A stretch of DNA of 64,000 nt, taken from assembly GCA_030445865.1 (NCBI GenBank), contig JASUSV010000004.1, forward strand, positions 10,061 through 74,060. Direction: 5' to 3'. Position 1 is the stretch's first letter, and the number at the start of each line of letters is the position of its first letter. Under the pieces are notes generated by a model. It was not told the origin of the DNA and searched no databases. It saw only the letters and a list, made by a program, of their open reading frames with translations. A program made the translations under genes and the position numbers. Source of the stretch: Clostridia bacterium. Lineage in GTDB: Bacteria; Bacillota; DSM-521; Neomoorellales; Neomoorellaceae. Shown one piece after another: positions 62,392-64,000 of the stretch.

Positions 62392-63776
62392 TCCCGAAAA
62401 AGAATCCCATGCCTTCCCAGTCGCCGGAAGAGCGGAGGCGCAACTTCCGGGAGGTCGCCCTGGGATATACCCGCGAGTTGGCTCAGGCGGAAGCCGAGCG
62501 CTGCCTGCAGTGCAAGAAAGCCCCCTGCCGGCAGGGCTGCCCGGTGGAGATCGATATTCCCGCTTTCATCAAGCTGATTAAAGAAGGGGATTTCGAGGGC
62601 GCCATCGCTAAAATTAAGGAGAAGAACAACCTGCCGGCCATCTGCGGCCGCGTCTGCCCCCAGGAGAACCAATGTGAGAAATATTGCACCTTAGCCAAAA
62701 AGCACGATCCGGTAGGCATAGGCCGCCTTGAGCGCTTTGTGGCCGACTATCAGTTGCAGAACGGGAGGGTAGAGGTACCGGAACTGCCGCCGGCCAGCGG
62801 CTATAAAGTTGCCGTAATAGGTTCCGGCCCGGCCGGGCTTACGGCGGCTGCCGACCTGGCCCGCCTGGGGCATAAAGTAACGGTTTTTGAGGCCCTGCAC
62901 GTGCCCGGAGGCGTGCTCATGTACGGCATTCCGGAATTCCGCCTGCCCAAGCATGTCGTCCAGGCGGAAATAGATTATATCCGCAGGCTCGGCGTAGAGA
63001 TAAAGACCAATACCGTAGTGGGTAAAGTGACCAGTGTGGACGAGCTTTTGAACAGCGGATACGACGCCGTATTTATCGGCACGGGGGCCGGTCTGCCCCA
63101 CTTTATGGGAATTCCCGGCGAAAACCTCCTGGGCATTTATTCCGCCAACGAATTTTTAACCAGGACCAACCTCATGAAGGCCTACCTCTTCCCGGAATAC
63201 GCCACCCCCATTAAAGTAGGCCGACGGGTGGCGGTGATCGGCGCCGGCAACGTGGCCATGGACGCCGCCCGCACCGCCTTGCGCCTGGGCGCAGAAGAAG
63301 TTCACATCGTCTACCGGCGCTCGGAAGAGGAAATGCCGGCCCGTAAAGAAGAGATTGAACACGCCGTGGAGGAAGGCGTGAAATTCCAGCTATTAACCAG
63401 CCCGGTAGAATACCACGGCAATGAGCAGGGCTGGGTTACGGGTATGACCTGCATCCGCTATGAGCTAGGTGAGCCGGACGCCAGCGGCCGCCGGCGGCCG
63501 GTAGCCATCCCGGGATCGGAATTCCAAATGGAGGTAGACACGGTAGTGGTGGCCATCGGCCAGGGGCCCAACCCGCTGGTCTTGAGGACGACGCCAGGCC
63601 TGGAACTTACCAGGAAGGGCACCATTAAGGCCGATGAAACTACCGGCGCCACTTCCCGGCCGGGCGTCTTTGCCGGCGGCGACATCGTTACCGGCGCAGC
63701 TACGGTTATCCTGGCTATGGGCGCCGGCAAGACGGCGGCCAGAGCCATAGATGCTTACCTGAGGTCAAAAGGTTAG
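62376..63776 (+). CDS. nfnB: NfnB-type subunit (GltD-like; two [4Fe-4S] plus FAD/NADPH)
   Basis: CLQCKKAPC..CPVEIDIP..CGRVCP and the dinucleotide folds VAVIGSGPAG and VAVIGAGNVAMD are present. Confidence 0.85.
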   Translation: MPVPVIPKKNPMPSQSPEERRRNFREVALGYTRELAQAEAERCLQCKKAPCRQGCPVEIDIPAFIKLIKEGDFEGAIAKIKEKNNLPAICGRVCPQENQCEKYCTLAKKHDPVGIGRLERFVADYQLQNGRVEVPELPPASGYKVAVIGSGPAGLTAAADLARLGHKVTVFEALHVPGGVLMYGIPEFRLPKHVVQAEIDYIRRLGVEIKTNTVVGKVTSVDELLNSGYDAVFIGTGAGLPHFMGIPGENLLGIYSANEFLTRTNLMKAYLFPEYATPIKVGRRVAVIGAGNVAMDAARTALRLGAEEVHIVYRRSEEEMPARKEEIEHAVEEGVKFQLLTSPVEYHGNEQGWVTGMTCIRYELGEPDASGRRRPVAIPGSEFQMEVDTVVVAIGQGPNPLVLRTTPGLELTRKGTIKADETTGATSRPGVFAGGDIVTGAATVILAMGAGKTAARAIDAYLRSKG

Positions 63777-63956
63777 AGATCGGGGCTATCATGAAGGCCG
63801 GGGGAAGGCCGCGGGCAGCCTGGTTTAAGGCATTGTATACCGCCGCAAGTTCGAAAACCTTGCGCTGGTGAACGGGATTGCCGGCTTTTGCACCGGAGCC
63901 CGGAAGCCTTTTACCCCAGCCGAAGAGAAGTATATAAACCCAGGGAGGTAACAAAA

Positions 63957-64000
63957 TGGCAGCTCAAATTTTGGACGGCAAGCAAATCGCCGCTGAGGTG
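63957..64000 (+). CDS. folD: Start of bifunctional methylene-THF dehydrogenase/cyclohydrolase FolD (3' end outside the window)
   Basis: MAAQILDGKQIAAEV is a typical FolD N-terminus, and GGGAGG lies upstream. Confidence 0.7.

Noticed and set aside
1-64000. CRISPR arrays, rRNA or tRNA genes, or prophage structural genes
   Set aside because: I saw no regularly spaced short repeats, no rRNA- or tRNA-like sequences, and no capsid, tail or terminase-like ORFs. The only mobile-element signatures are the serine recombinase region, the HTH relic and the GC-rich repeat.

Overview
GC-rich Firmicutes/Clostridia chromosome segment from a spore former. Almost every gene is on the + strand; the only - strand gene is an MFS transporter at 60211..61386. 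The nfnA-nfnB-folD arrangement at the right end, the spoIIIA operon and a Clostridia-style type IV pilus locus are what I would expect from a Moorella-like thermophilic acetogen. That taxon call is inference and no search was run.

Order of content:
1. 1..~3830: right end of a sigK-intervening (skin-like) element. It carries the C-terminal part of a DUF1998 helicase and a SpoIVCA-like large serine recombinase, which directly abuts the 3' half of sigK.
2. yqeG plus the shikimate genes aroE, aroC, aroK and aroB.
3. A c-di-GMP module: a REC protein with a degenerate GGDEF domain, and a CHASE4-HAMP-PAS-PAS-GGDEF-HD-GYP gene interrupted by one in-frame TGA.
4. A complete type IV pilus locus: pilB, pilT, pilC, four tandem pilin paralogs (one frameshifted), pilD, four minor pilins and pilMNO.
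5. tldD/pmbA, aroQ, pepP, efp, and spoIIIAA to spoIIIAH.
6. Two-subunit pyruvate carboxylase (pycB, pycA).
7. A PrpR-like sigma-54 activator followed by a sigma-54 promoter and a dicarboxylate-type cluster: CitE-like lyase, ACL/SucCD-like ligase, sdhCAB, class I fumarase, TRAP transporter and an MmgE/PrpD protein.
8. The asp23-amaP-nusB region, an MFS transporter, nfnAB and the folD start.

No rRNA, tRNA or CRISPR array was seen.

Most notable observations:
- The split sigK with its recombinase.
- A ~180-260 nt GC-rich repeat with dyad symmetry, present twice, once inside the spoIIIA operon.
- The sigma-54-controlled lyase/ligase/dehydrogenase/hydratase cluster.
- The pilin cassette array.
- The stop-interrupted c-di-GMP enzyme next to a PilB that carries MshEN c-di-GMP-binding motifs.
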